From Myxococcota bacterium (GTDB lineage: Bacteria > Myxococcota_A > UBA9042 > PHBI01 > JAWLBL01): a stretch of 64,000 nucleotides of DNA. Shown piece after piece: positions 12,201-19,981 of this stretch. Below the pieces are notes generated by a model. That model was not told the origin of the DNA. It worked only from the letters and a program-made list of their open reading frames with translations, and ran no database searches. A program made the translations under genes and the position numbers. Every line of letters starts with the position of its first letter. Positions within the stretch are counted from its first letter, which is position 1. Location: NCBI GenBank assembly GCA_041687695.1, contig JAWLBL010000001.1, positions 291,461 through 355,460 of the forward strand, in the 5' to 3' direction.

Positions 12201-15200
12201 CGTGTTGCACGTGTCGGTGAACGCGGTGCAGTTCTTGGCCGTACCCGTGCAGGTGCCGCCCTGGCAGGTCGTGTTGACCGTGCAGGGGTTGCCGTCCCAG
12301 CAGGGGCTGCCGGCCGGCGCGGTCGCGCAGCTGGTGCTCGCGCAGACCGGGTCGAGCTCGCCCGCGCAGAACCCGTCCTGACAGACGTCTCCCGTCGTAC
12401 AGGCCTCGCCGTCGCTGCAGCTGCCGCCGTCGTTCGACGGGATGGCCTCGCACAGCCCGGTCGCCGCGTCGCAGGCGCCGACGGTGCAGGTCCCGTTCAG
12501 CTTGGAGCAGTCCTTGGCCGTACCGACGCACACGCCGGCCTGACACGCATCGCCCACGGTGCAGGCGCTGCCGTCGTCGCAGGCCGTGCCGTTGGGCACG
12601 CCCTCGCACTCGTTGGGATCGGTCGTGTCATCGCAGATGCCCGAGTCGACACCGGCGCACACACCATCGGTGCAGACGTCGCTCGTCGTGCACGAGACGC
12701 CGTCGTCGCACGACCCGCCGCTCGAGAGCGGCTCGTACGTGCAGTCACCGGTCGCCGCGTCGCACACGCCGTCGCCGCAGGCGTCCGACAGGTACCCGCA
12801 GCTCTTGGGCTCACCCACGCAGGCGCCGGCCGAGCAGTAGGTGTTGACCGTGCACGGATCACCATCGTCGCAGGCGCTGCCCGCCGGGGCGGTGCTGCAG
12901 TCGGTCGCCGAGCAGGTCGCGTCCGGGGTTCCGGCGCACACGCCCTCCGCCGTGCACTTGTCGCCCGTGGTGCAGGGCTCGCCGTCCTGGCAGGTGCCAC
13001 CCACGTTGGTCACCTTGGAGACGCACTGCCCGGAGGTCGGCTCGCAGGTCGCGACCGTGCACTGGGTGTGCAGGTGCGAGCAGTCCTTGGTCGAGCCGAC
13101 GCACTGCCCGGCGACGCAGGCGTCGTTCAGGGTGCAGAGGTTGCCGTCCTCGCACGCCGTGCCGTCGGGCTGGCCGAGGCAGGGGTTCGTGCAGACGTCG
13201 TGGCCCACGCAGCTGCCGAGCTGGCAGGTGTCACCCGCCGTGCAGCTGATGCCGTCGTTGCAGCTGACGCCCTCGTTGACGGGCTTGGCCGTGCAGGCGC
13301 CGGTCGCCGCCTCGCACACGCCGAGGGTGCAAGTCGTCGTCAGCGCGCTGCAGTTCTTCTGGGTGCCCTTGCAGATACCGTTCTGGCAGGTGTCACCGAC
13401 GGTGCAGGCGCTGCCATCCTCGCAGGCCGTGCCGTTCGGCGCCCCCAGGCAGGGGTTCGGCGCCGTCGTGTCGTCGCACGCGGGATCGAGCGTCCCGCCT
13501 ACGCACTGGCCGGCCGAGCAGGTGTCACCCGTCGTGCAGGACTTGCCGTCGTCGCAGGAGGCGCCAGCATTGGCGGGCTTGCGCTCGCAGGCTCCCGTCG
13601 TGGCGTTGCACTGACCGGTCGCGCAGGCGTCCGCGAGGTACGAGCAGTCCTTGGGCTGTCCGACGCAGGCGCCCGAGGAGCAGACGGTGCCGACCGTGCA
13701 GGGGTCGCCGTCGTCGCAGGCCGTCCCGTCCGGCGAGGTCGCGCAGTCGGTCGCGCTGCACACCGGATCCGCGGTCCCGACGCACTGGCCGGAGACGCAC
13801 TTGTCGCCCGTCGTGCAGGGCTCGCCGTCGCTGCACGCGGCGCCGCTGTTGACTGGCGTGTTCTCGCACAGGCCGTTGACAGGGTTGCAAGCGGCGCTCG
13901 AGCAGGCCGTGGTCAGGGCCGAGCAGTCCTTGAAGTTGCCGCCACAGACCCCCGACTTGCAGGTGTCGTTGGTCGTGCAGAGGTTGCCGTCCTCGCAGGG
14001 CGTGCCGTCGGCCTTGCCCAGGCAGGGATCGCTGCAGACGTCCACGCCCGAGCAGACGCCCGCCTTGCAGGTGTCACCGCTGGTGCAGCTGATGCCGTCG
14101 TTGCACGTCGCGCCCTCGTTGGCGGCCTTGGCCTGGCAAGCGCCGTTGGCGGGGTTGCACGTGCCGACGGTGCAGGCGCCGTTGAGCGCGCTGCAGTCCT
14201 TGGGAGCGCCCGAGCAAGCCCCGGCGATGCAGGTGGTGTTGACCGTGCACGGGTCGCCGTCGTCGCAGGGGGTGCCGTTCGCCTTGCCCTCGCAAGCGCT
14301 GGCGCAGGCCGGATTCGGCGCGCCGCCGCAGACGCCGGCGGTGCAGACGTCGCCCGTCGTGCAGGAGTCGCCGTCCGAGCAGGCGCCGCCCTCGTTCTTG
14401 GGCTGCGCCGTGCAGGCGCCGCTGCTGCAGACACCCGTCGTGCACGCCGAGTCGAGCGCCGAGCAGTCCTTGGTCGCGCCCACGCACACGCCGCCCGTGC
14501 AGACGTCGTTCACGGTGCAGCCGTTGCCGTCCGAGCAGGGCGTGCCGTTGGCCTTGCCCGTGCAGTCGCTGCCGCCGGTGTCGCCGCCGCCGTCCCAGTC
14601 GCAGTCCGGATCACCGGGCTGGCACTCGCCGTCGTCGATGCCGCCCACGCAGCCGGGGACGTTCACCTCGGTGCAGTGGCCGGCGTCGCAGAAGGGCACC
14701 GTGCAGCTGTTGCCGTCCTGGTCCGCGCACTCGGCGCTGTCGGAGCAGCAGCCTTCGCCGTCGGTCGCCACGTGGCGGCAGGTCTTGTCGGTGTGACAGA
14801 AGTCGGTCGTGCAGGCGTCGCCGTCGTTGCAGTCGGCGTGGGTCTCGCAGCAGACCGAGTTCTCGATGAGGTTGCACTGTCCGGCGGTGGTGCACTCCCA
14901 GACGAAGCAGGTCGCCGGGCCGTCCGGGTCCGGACCGCAGACGCTGGACAGCGTGCTGGGCGGCGCGCCGGGTTCACAGCAGTCGGTCGTGTTCTCGTAC
15001 TGGCACGTGCCGTTCACGCAGGAGTCGGTCGTGCACGAGACGTTGTCGTTGCAGTCGGCGCTGGTGATGCAGCAGTCGAGGATCGGAGTGTTGTGGCAGA
15101 CGTTCGACGCGCTGCAGGTGTCCTGCGTACAGGCCTTGCCGTCGTCGCAGTCGGTGTTGCTCAGGCAGCAGTCGAGCTTGGGCGGGTAGGTGCACGTGCC

Positions 15201-17642
15201 GGTGCCGATGTCACAGACCTGGAGCGTGCAGGGGTCGCCGTCGTCGGCGCAGTCGGCGTTCTGGGTGCAGCAGCCGGGCTGCATGAGGTGCTGACACTTC
15301 TGCAGGCCGATGTCGCAGCTGTCCGTCGTGCAGACGTTGCCGTCGTCGCAGGGGTCGGTGACGCTGGTGCAGTAGTCTGGATCCTGCGGGTAGGTGCACA
15401 GGTTCGAGCCCGTGTCGCACATGTCGATGGTCGACGGGTCACCGTCGTCGCACTCGTCGTCGCCGTTGCAGCACTGGTCGCCGCCCGTCACGACCGGGAC
15501 CGGCGGCTGGCAGGTGTGGTTGACCGGGTCGCAGTCGTCCACCGTGCAGACGTCGCCGTCGTCGCAGTCGGCGTCGCCGACGCAGCAGCCGGCGATGATG
15601 TTCGAGCTGTAGCGGCAGATGTTGCCGATGCAGCGATCGATGTTGCACGGGTTGAGGTCGTTGCAGTCCGCGTTCGTCGTGCAGCACTGCTCCTTGAGCT
15701 CGGGCGGCTTGCAGGTCTTCGTCGCGGTGTCGCAGGCGTCGATGGTGCAAGCGTTGTAGTCGTTGCAGTCGGTGTCGACGGTGCAGCAGGTCTCGGCCTT
15801 GGGGAAGAAGCAGCGGCTGTCCCAACCGCAGCGCCCCTCGGCGCACTCGCCGGCGGTCGACGGCGGCACGCAGCTGTTGTCGAGGATGCCCTGGTAGGCC
15901 GACTTGTTGAGGTTCTTGGGCGAACCATAGAGGTTGTAGGCGGTGTTGCCGTACTTCTGGTTGTTCGCCGGGTTCTTGTTGTCGCCGGCCGGCCGCCAGT
16001 TGGTGCCGTCCGAGTTGTCCATGAACATGTGGCGGAGCTCCATGCTCCGCTTGTCCTTCATGGTCATCTGGGCGCTGTCGATGGTCACCTGGTCGACCAC
16101 GGCGCCGGTGTTGTCCTTGAGCGTCAGCGTGTAGTTGACGGCGCCGCCGGTCTCGTAGGGATCGGGCAGCGAGATCGCGTTGCCGTACTGGTAGCTCGGG
16201 GTGAAGCCGCCGTTCTGGTTCTTGTCGGCGACGCGGGCGAGGACGATGTAGGTGCCCGGGTAGAACTTGAGGGCGTTACCGCCACCGACCGCGTTCACCG
16301 TCGCGATGATGTGGCTGCCGCCCAGGCTGGTCTCGAGGCGGTAGCCGGTCAGGTCGATCATCGCGGTGCCGGTGTTGTACAGCTCGATCCACTCGCCCTT
16401 GGCGTCGGCGATGTCGCCCGGCGAGAGCATGATCTCGTTGATGACCAGGTTGCTGGTCGTCGGCAGCGCGCAGTACAGCGGGTCGGGGTTGTTCTCGCAG
16501 GAGTTGGCGACGCAGTCGTCGATGGTGCTGGGGTCGTTGTCGTTGCAGTCCGCGTCGACCACGCAGCAGCTGGGCTGGCCGGGATCATCCTCGTAGATGC
16601 ACTGCCCCTTCTCGGCGGTCACGTCCGGGAAGTTGCACAGGTTCAGCGTGCACGGGTTGTAGTCGTTGCAGTCCGAGGCGTCCGTGCAGCAGCCGAGCTC
16701 GGGCGGGCCGAAGCGGCAGCGCGAGGTCTTCTTGGTCGAGTCGAAGTAGCACATGTACGGGACGCAAGGGTCGTCGGGCTTGCAGTCCTCGTCGGTGTTG
16801 CAGCAGAGCGGATCGTCGATGGGCGCGTTGGTGCAGGTGTTGGTGGCGACGTCGCAGCTGTCGCTCGTGCACCAGTCCGAGTCGTTGCAGTCTTCGTTCG
16901 TCAGGCAGCAGCCCGCGATCGTGTCGTGGATGCACTTGCCGGTGACGTCGCACCAGTCGTTGGTGCAGATGTTGCCGTCGTCGCAGTCGTTGTTCGACAC
17001 GCACTCGAGGCACTTGTTGTCGATGCAGTAGTCGCCGTACGGACACTCGAGCGGCGTGTCGCAGCACGACTCGCCCGTGCCCGCCGACAGCAGGCCGTAG
17101 CGGCACTCGTTGCTGACGCAGGTCTCCGCCGAGCAGACGAGCCCGTCGGCGCAGTCCTCCTTCGTCGCGCAGGGCTTGATCACGCGCACGTAGATGGCGG
17201 CCAGGCTCTCCGGGTTCGGCAGCGCCGAACCGTCAGCCGCCACCAGCCGCGCGGCGAGGTGTCGCTGGCCGTAGGGGACGTTGTTGAAGGTGAACGGCGT
17301 GGTCGTGTCGACCTCGGTCACCTGAACGCCGTCGAGGTACCACTTGACGTGGTACCCGGTCGCGCTCACGGCCGCGTTCGTCACCGAGATCGAGACGGTG
17401 ACCGATGTCGGCGTCGTGTAGTTGACGACGGTGAAGTTGGCTGGCGACGTGATCTTGATGGTGGGGTCGGTCGCCGCCCCCAACATGACCGTCGAAAGCC
17501 ACGTGTCCTCACCCGCGTCGGCTCCGACGTCGGTGCTCATCGGCTCGGGCGCGTCCTGACCGCTGCAAGCGGCGAACGTCGCGAGCGCTACACCAACGAG
17601 CAGCCACCTACAGCTCCCCCTGCGTAGATGCCAGCCTGTCAT
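3258..17642 (-). CDS. Giant (4794 aa) Cys-rich modular surface lipoprotein / adhesin-like protein
   Basis: Lipobox FAA-C. Then an Ig-like N-domain, CxDGNxCTxDxC repeats, a lamin-tail domain (LVINEIM...GEWIELYN), 16 x 14-Cys modules, a cadherin/Ig-like segment, two proprotein-convertase P-like domains, a PPC-like domain, CxSGFCVDGVCC repeats and MopE-like DCNDxxxxxxPGxxExCxxxDDNCNG motifs. Confidence 0.9.
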   Translation of the reverse strand: MTGWHLRRGSCRWLLVGVALATFAACSGQDAPEPMSTDVGADAGEDTWLSTVMLGAATDPTIKITSPANFTVVNYTTPTSVTVSISVTNAAVSATGYHVKWYLDGVQVTEVDTTTPFTFNNVPYGQRHLAARLVAADGSALPNPESLAAIYVRVIKPCATKEDCADGLVCSAETCVSNECRYGLLSAGTGESCCDTPLECPYGDYCIDNKCLECVSNNDCDDGNICTNDWCDVTGKCIHDTIAGCCLTNEDCNDSDWCTSDSCDVATNTCTNAPIDDPLCCNTDEDCKPDDPCVPYMCYFDSTKKTSRCRFGPPELGCCTDASDCNDYNPCTLNLCNFPDVTAEKGQCIYEDDPGQPSCCVVDADCNDNDPSTIDDCVANSCENNPDPLYCALPTTSNLVINEIMLSPGDIADAKGEWIELYNTGTAMIDLTGYRLETSLGGSHIIATVNAVGGGNALKFYPGTYIVLARVADKNQNGGFTPSYQYGNAISLPDPYETGGAVNYTLTLKDNTGAVVDQVTIDSAQMTMKDKRSMELRHMFMDNSDGTNWRPAGDNKNPANNQKYGNTAYNLYGSPKNLNKSAYQGILDNSCVPPSTAGECAEGRCGWDSRCFFPKAETCCTVDTDCNDYNACTIDACDTATKTCKPPELKEQCCTTNADCNDLNPCNIDRCIGNICRYSSNIIAGCCVGDADCDDGDVCTVDDCDPVNHTCQPPVPVVTGGDQCCNGDDECDDGDPSTIDMCDTGSNLCTYPQDPDYCTSVTDPCDDGNVCTTDSCDIGLQKCQHLMQPGCCTQNADCADDGDPCTLQVCDIGTGTCTYPPKLDCCLSNTDCDDGKACTQDTCSASNVCHNTPILDCCITSADCNDNVSCTTDSCVNGTCQYENTTDCCEPGAPPSTLSSVCGPDPDGPATCFVWECTTAGQCNLIENSVCCETHADCNDGDACTTDFCHTDKTCRHVATDGEGCCSDSAECADQDGNSCTVPFCDAGHCTEVNVPGCVGGIDDGECQPGDPDCDWDGGGDTGGSDCTGKANGTPCSDGNGCTVNDVCTGGVCVGATKDCSALDSACTTGVCSSGACTAQPKNEGGACSDGDSCTTGDVCTAGVCGGAPNPACASACEGKANGTPCDDGDPCTVNTTCIAGACSGAPKDCSALNGACTVGTCNPANGACQAKAANEGATCNDGISCTSGDTCKAGVCSGVDVCSDPCLGKADGTPCEDGNLCTTNDTCKSGVCGGNFKDCSALTTACSSAACNPVNGLCENTPVNSGAACSDGEPCTTGDKCVSGQCVGTADPVCSATDCATSPDGTACDDGDPCTVGTVCSSGACVGQPKDCSYLADACATGQCNATTGACERKPANAGASCDDGKSCTTGDTCSAGQCVGGTLDPACDDTTAPNPCLGAPNGTACEDGSACTVGDTCQNGICKGTQKNCSALTTTCTLGVCEAATGACTAKPVNEGVSCNDGISCTAGDTCQLGSCVGHDVCTNPCLGQPDGTACEDGNLCTLNDACVAGQCVGSTKDCSHLHTQCTVATCEPTSGQCVSKVTNVGGTCQDGEPCTTGDKCTAEGVCAGTPDATCSATDCSTAPAGSACDDGDPCTVNTYCSAGACVGEPKSCGYLSDACGDGVCDAATGDCTYEPLSSGGSCDDGVSCTTSDVCTDGVCAGVDSGICDDTTDPNECEGVPNGTACDDGSACTVGDACQAGVCVGTAKDCSKLNGTCTVGACDAATGLCEAIPSNDGGSCSDGEACTTGDVCQDGFCAGELDPVCASTSCATAPAGSPCWDGNPCTVNTTCQGGTCTGTAKNCTAFTDTCNTGVCDAATGACVTQPKTNGISCDDQSACTGPDTCSDGICDGPTLASCVSQEEVNPCAGKADGTACDDGDLCTQDDACVAGVCQGSAKTCSHLDDTCATGVCNAATGQCVQQPANQGGSCSDGNACTTGDKCQSGVCVGGTYNSVCGQVNCATAAAGTACDDGNPCTLDDSCQAGVCTGSSKDCSAFGDGCNEGVCNTATGACTVQPANEGGACDDGVSCTSNDTCTAGSCYGSNNPECANNTACGAGTNGMACNDAKPCTINDVCSNGACVGTAKNCSAAGDSCNTGSCDPATGVCKSAPANNGASCNDQVTCTSPDTCLDGECTGPVSPTCANQGTVNPCEGAADGTPCEDGSLCTTGDQCVAGACVGTAKSCSQLDSACAVGVCDGATGQCTTAAANNGTACSHDEPCAGQETFCHEGECVGALDPTCVATDCATATNGTPCWDGNPCTVNTTCQAGACVGATKDCSAYGDTCSVGVCNSTTGACEAAAANEGGACDDGVSCTTEDTCWGGTCYGSQDPACANNTQCGPGTDGLACVDSDPCTVNTVCQAGACVGPQKSCSAFNTACTTGVCNPGTGACEGAAANQGKSCSDGDTCTTGDMCNAGECVGTPGACATVCDGKADGTPCDDGKTCTDNATCQAGVCIGEYRDCSALTTSCQLGVCDTSLDACVAIAANEGGACDDGISCTTNDVCSGGGCTGTPDANCVGGPPTIPCWIVDTAGYLGPDEHYECFGNLGSVGADAILTSPGFNPSGADSVSVQVSLAWAMGPGNHKLTVLATTNPNDYAGAETLGIISLSGNNAGKTYAFELSNFMLVQSAVYVGFRVDSDQKQNVDVSVDDFVVAAGNAPFFVKTLKTNKTYSRTTDQLVDGGTLSAVLGESKNKLFWAHDVQWSTQTLSFELLNAPDFVTIDTTTRLDLYGVWQARILAKPTQSSHIGTYDVVLRVTDGAFTSTVPFKVTVGLGSGFVVWTPAGVDPTLGDAIATSLAANSKTFQRVTLLSGVADWSKVQGLFITAGGANTTHVFSNDAIQPVLAYLDAGGRVYMEGSKTFAEDAQTQLHSRFRLVPTEPNAGLSANLTGVSFHYTRSVSYTTDAAFRGDVDAVAAALGSTARPVLRNKGAVKDYAVAIAHEDGATASRTYGTTALFGRMSTAGSTPDQIMADILKFFEQGFGPCAAHEQCWDGRPCTDDLCSGAVCQNSPKASCSGCLSDTDCTNGQVCDATGACVTPPGDDSGGPTDETPFACDSSNDIVTLTKTTTGFNVVADAKTSIHLVAGEGSDLGGVRITLAHNGVSVVLKEADPGDTRTEMAVTYDVGSLPAAGSMNDFNGTYLQGDWLLVLEETQGGAACHTLTSWDLFVVSEPPPVTGCTTNADCDNGQFCDGVETCNAGTCVAGAAPSCNDGNTCSTDVCDPAGNNFKGACDNSGRLPSCAGLECSGKHSMDAGDGGCGQNDACLGGLNGGEGTCTPVCPTCAVKHALDLATPIQDFQCVTEFLTINSGDLYVDDIWVKLDVKHSRLKDLTVRVYAPNDAYVTVIDGQGGLLQDFHSTFDLSNPNTVDNMCALGGINPDGVWKVQVCDNSIGGQGTLQGASLWVKTTNNDPGAGQECSNAIPVLTDDATYTLYGNTECRANSTTGSCSGMGGHDTVYTFTLTEPKRVTAILTPVDEDVPPQTAPWNAAVYFTQSCAPGSTHCVDAAGAGGTEILDRQLAAGTWFAVVDAALDTSWGKYKLALTFQTLGDDGETCDEDIDCGTGHCQNGFCCTGGDCCAVAADCPASYTEAAICSDIPACQGYRKDPVCNASVCGNTTVADDTACTVSTQAKECGLYPDEYCTGAAVQTEPMCATDCGADSDCIEAAFCNASGQCAADQGNGIVCDRDSQCASGFCVDGVCCDGGCGGLCESCIVAGFVGQCRAVQNGQDPDNECAGTGFCGGVCDGNRQCTFKSSTTPCGTCTRCSGDGFCNNYATSGTDPDDTCGLCQVCGGGGSCVNVAAGQDPLNECATSAQSTCGNDGTCDGGGACRKWVAGTECVAQSCTNGTVDPTHTCDGAGTCQNPADVFCGGFACTGADCKTSCTGDTDCISGYFCSGGSCLPKKAPGVACSASNQCQSGFCVDGVCCNQACGGTCRACNLAGSVGTCVNHSAGTDPESGCSPYFCTGTGPSCATTCSSDSQCQAGFWCDGTQCQPKKTNGTTCSGANQCTSGFCNARDGVCCDTSCDSTCTTCKAAGSEGTCKMVGSGQDPYNECTGTGTCGGVCNGAGACSYPTTATSCGTCKRCNGAGACSNVPNNSDPLSHCGGCQTCNGSGACKSIASGQDPKNFCTDQGPCGLNGQCNGSGACGYYAAGYTVVAASCNASTNIHYPADVCNGSGGIVDGGSVGCAPYACGATTCKTSCTQHSDCASGHFCDLNDSDLDGNKNECLPKKSDGQGCSANAADYECSGGECSNGYCCGSAGAACCATNSHCGFMAEAPKCNSVTSGGCSGSRVDATCSNNVCVTTTVSDASACVGQTCQAASCSSNVHYGTKTCQPGGSCSGTSTNCNDGNVCTIDSCTASTGCSHTNNGAYSETCYDGPAGTAGVGQCKSGTRSCVGGNLSSTCSGQVLPTTEVCGGGDENCNGVANEENALNCTWFRYDNDGDGVGVSTNRKCLCAPTGKYTAPDSGATDCNDSNAGMYPGNTEKCSTSYDDNCNGAINEQNAQGCTTYFYDVDGDGYGVSTSQCHCGATGYYRATVASDCNDSNYYVNPGRPEICNGIDDNCNGGIDTQEVALSTLCPNPPNAQAYCAGGSGCQINYCASHWYNVDGVYSNGCEVQADAYDRNGQGNSCATAVNFGTLWSDLATTGTGNGNIVPAGDSDWYTFFAYAWDYGKTFHMNASFVSTGDTYYRFDIYRGSCSALVCSGRTSYDDYTTHTLGNCSTVYSPYHTAPNRNYAYNTNCGTSTQKCCHYPAGHAQYYVRVYRSNGTASPAGNNYSIRFRAGY

Positions 17643-17717
17643 GCTTCTTCCCCTGTTCGTGCCTGTCGACCTGCCCAGAACCCGGCCCCGGACGGGAATG
17701 GACTTTGGCCTCGGCGC

Positions 17718-17745
17718 ATTCTACGCCCTCCGAGGTCCCTCGCAA
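17718..17745 (-). promoter_or_regulatory. Candidate sigma70-type promoter for the giant gene
   Basis: Minus strand TTGCGA-16 nt-TAGAAT, about 75 bp upstream of the ATG at 17642. Confidence 0.35.
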
Positions 17746-18058
17746 GCCGCTTTGAGGCGACTTCGCATACCGCCGTGGAAACCGGCAGCCCTTTCCCCCA
17801 CAATCTCATGCAGTTGCCTTTCTTCGGCCCGGTAACCGAGCCGGGTTCGCAGCGTGCATCGCGCGCGCCGCCGTCAGCCGTCCTCCGCGGGTGGGGCCCT
17901 GCCCCCTGCCCGCGACGACCGCACCGATGGGCGCCCCATGCGGATGGAGTATAGAAGGTCTCTCGCGTCGGTGCCACTGGCCCCGGGCCCTCCGCGGTTG
18001 CATCGTGACGGCGGCCCGGCGGCTGAGTGACCGGCCCTCGGGCCAAGTCGGTGATCGC

Positions 18059-18087
18059 TTGACACCCCCTGGGCCGGCTGTTACCGA
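18059..18087 (+). promoter_or_regulatory. Candidate sigma70-type promoter for the TIGR04551-argH-lysA unit
   Basis: Perfect TTGACA at 18059-18064, a 17-nt spacer, then a weak extended -10 (TGtTACCGA). Confidence 0.35.
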
Positions 18088-18143
18088 CTGCAAGCCTTCG
18101 TTCCATCCGTCCGCCACCGCCGTCCCGTTCGGGAGGTCCTCTG

Positions 18144-19961
18144 ATGAGGTTGCGTCGCTCGCCGCTCGCGCCCGCACTGCTCGCCGCCGCCCTGGTGACG
18201 GCCCCCGGCGCCCACGCTCAGACCGCACCCGAGGGGACGCCCACGTTGCCGGCGCCCGCCGAGGGCGGCGACGAGGTCGACGAGCTGGAGCAGCTCCTCG
18301 AGCAGGCCGGCGAGTCCGGGACGCTCGGGGGGTGGGAGGACCGGCCGGTCGAGCGCCCGCGCGCCTACCCGTGGATCGAGCACCACGGGTACTTCCGGTT
18401 CCGCGCGGACCTCTTCTACAACGGGCACCTCGGGACCGTGATCCCCGGCGTCCCCGGCACCGGCACCAGCGCGATCCCCGCGCCCATCACCGAGAACGTC
18501 GTCAACAACGACGGCAGCAGCGCCTTCGGCGACCAGGTCGGCAGCGAGGACGCGAGCACCATCGCCTACGCCAACCTGCGGCTCCGCTACGCCCCGACCA
18601 TCCACGTGGCGCGCTCGATGCGCATCCACGCGACCGTCGACTTCCTCGACAACGTCATCCTGGGGTCGACGCCCGACTACGCCGGCTACCTCGTCCGCCC
18701 CGACGTCCCGCTCGTGGCGTTCAGCGGCGCCGCGGTCCCGCCGACGTCGGGTGTCAACGCCTTCCAGGACGGCGTCCGGGTGAAGGAGGCCTACGCCGAG
18801 TGGCAGCCGGCCTTCCTTCTGCGGGTCGGTCGGCAGGCCTCGCACTGGGGCCTGGGCATCCTGGCGAACGCCGGGCGGGACATCGACGACGACTTCGGCG
18901 ACTACACCGACCGGGCCCTGCTGCTCCTCAAGCTCTACGGCGTCTACGTCGCGGGCGCATGGGACTATATATATAGTGGTGCGACGACGGCCGATCCCGC
19001 CGAGTTCTTCGGGCAACCCAAGGACCTGGGTCAGGCGGACGACGTCACGCAATGGGTGCTGTCGGTGTTCCAGCGTCCGCTCAGCGAGGAGGAGCTGGCG
19101 CAGCGGCGTGTCTCCTTCACCGAGAACCTGCGTCCTGCGTTCGACTGGGGTCTGTACGCCGTCTACCGTGAGCAGGACTTCGACCTGTCCACCCTGGCCT
19201 TCTCGGACGTCCTGAACACGGGCGGCCGCCGCAACTTCGACCAGCTCAGCCTCGTCCCGCGCCACGCCTGGGCCTTCATCCCGGATCTGTGGCTGCGCTA
19301 CGCCAAGCGGTTCGACTACTTCAGCGGCATCCGCGTCGAGCTCGAGGCCGCCGCCATCTTCGGCGAGATCGACAACGTGTCCGAGGACGCCACGGTCGGC
19401 ACGCCCAGCCGCTCCATCCAGCAGTTCGGCGCCGCGCTGGAGATCGAGTACGACCGTAACGACCTCAGCATCGGCCTCGACGCCGGCTTCGCCTCGGGCG
19501 ACTCGGCCGAGGGCTTCGGCGTCGAGGACCGCCCGGTGCTCTCGGACGTGGACGGGGCGCCCAACCGCGACGTCACCGCCTTCAAGTTCGATCGCAACTA
19601 TCGGATCGACCTGATGCTCTTCCGCGAGATCATCGGGACGATCACGAACGCCGTCTACATCAAGCCCTACGTCAAGTACGACCTCTTCGAGTCGGTCGAG
19701 ACCGCCCTCGGCGCGCGGCTCGATCTGCTGTACGCCCGGGCCCTCGAGTCCGAGGCTACCCCCGGCAACGACCCGTTCCTGGGGCTCGAGGCCGACCTCC
19801 GCCTCTTCTACGAGGAGAAGGATCGCTTCAACCTCGACCTCGAGGCCGGCTTCCTGCTCCCGGGCGGCGCCTTCGACTATCGGCCGGTGGGCGCGACCGA
19901 CCTCATCCGAGAGTCGGAGTTCGCGTTCACCATCCAGTCCCGGCTCACGCTGCTGTTCTGA
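18144..19961 (+). CDS. Myxobacterial outer-membrane beta-barrel protein, TIGR04551-like
   Basis: Signal peptide (AHA-Q), HGYFRFRADLF, LRVGRQASHWGLGILAN, AFKFDRNYRIDLMLFREIIGTITNAVYIKP, amphipathic strands and a C-terminal Phe. Confidence 0.75.
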   Translation: MRLRRSPLAPALLAAALVTAPGAHAQTAPEGTPTLPAPAEGGDEVDELEQLLEQAGESGTLGGWEDRPVERPRAYPWIEHHGYFRFRADLFYNGHLGTVIPGVPGTGTSAIPAPITENVVNNDGSSAFGDQVGSEDASTIAYANLRLRYAPTIHVARSMRIHATVDFLDNVILGSTPDYAGYLVRPDVPLVAFSGAAVPPTSGVNAFQDGVRVKEAYAEWQPAFLLRVGRQASHWGLGILANAGRDIDDDFGDYTDRALLLLKLYGVYVAGAWDYIYSGATTADPAEFFGQPKDLGQADDVTQWVLSVFQRPLSEEELAQRRVSFTENLRPAFDWGLYAVYREQDFDLSTLAFSDVLNTGGRRNFDQLSLVPRHAWAFIPDLWLRYAKRFDYFSGIRVELEAAAIFGEIDNVSEDATVGTPSRSIQQFGAALEIEYDRNDLSIGLDAGFASGDSAEGFGVEDRPVLSDVDGAPNRDVTAFKFDRNYRIDLMLFREIIGTITNAVYIKPYVKYDLFESVETALGARLDLLYARALESEATPGNDPFLGLEADLRLFYEEKDRFNLDLEAGFLLPGGAFDYRPVGATDLIRESEFAFTIQSRLTLLF

Positions 19962-19981
19962 TCGCGTCTGCAGAGGCGAGC

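Noticed and set aside
3348..17627. 4759-aa antisense ORF, and similar long antisense ORFs over groEL, the acyl-CoA dehydrogenase, boxB/C, the HelD-like gene and gpmI
   Set aside because: It is in the same codon register as the real gene. Antisense stops need sense TTA/CTA/TCA codons, which are nearly absent at this GC content. The translation is low-complexity Ala/Val/Gly/Arg with no motifs.
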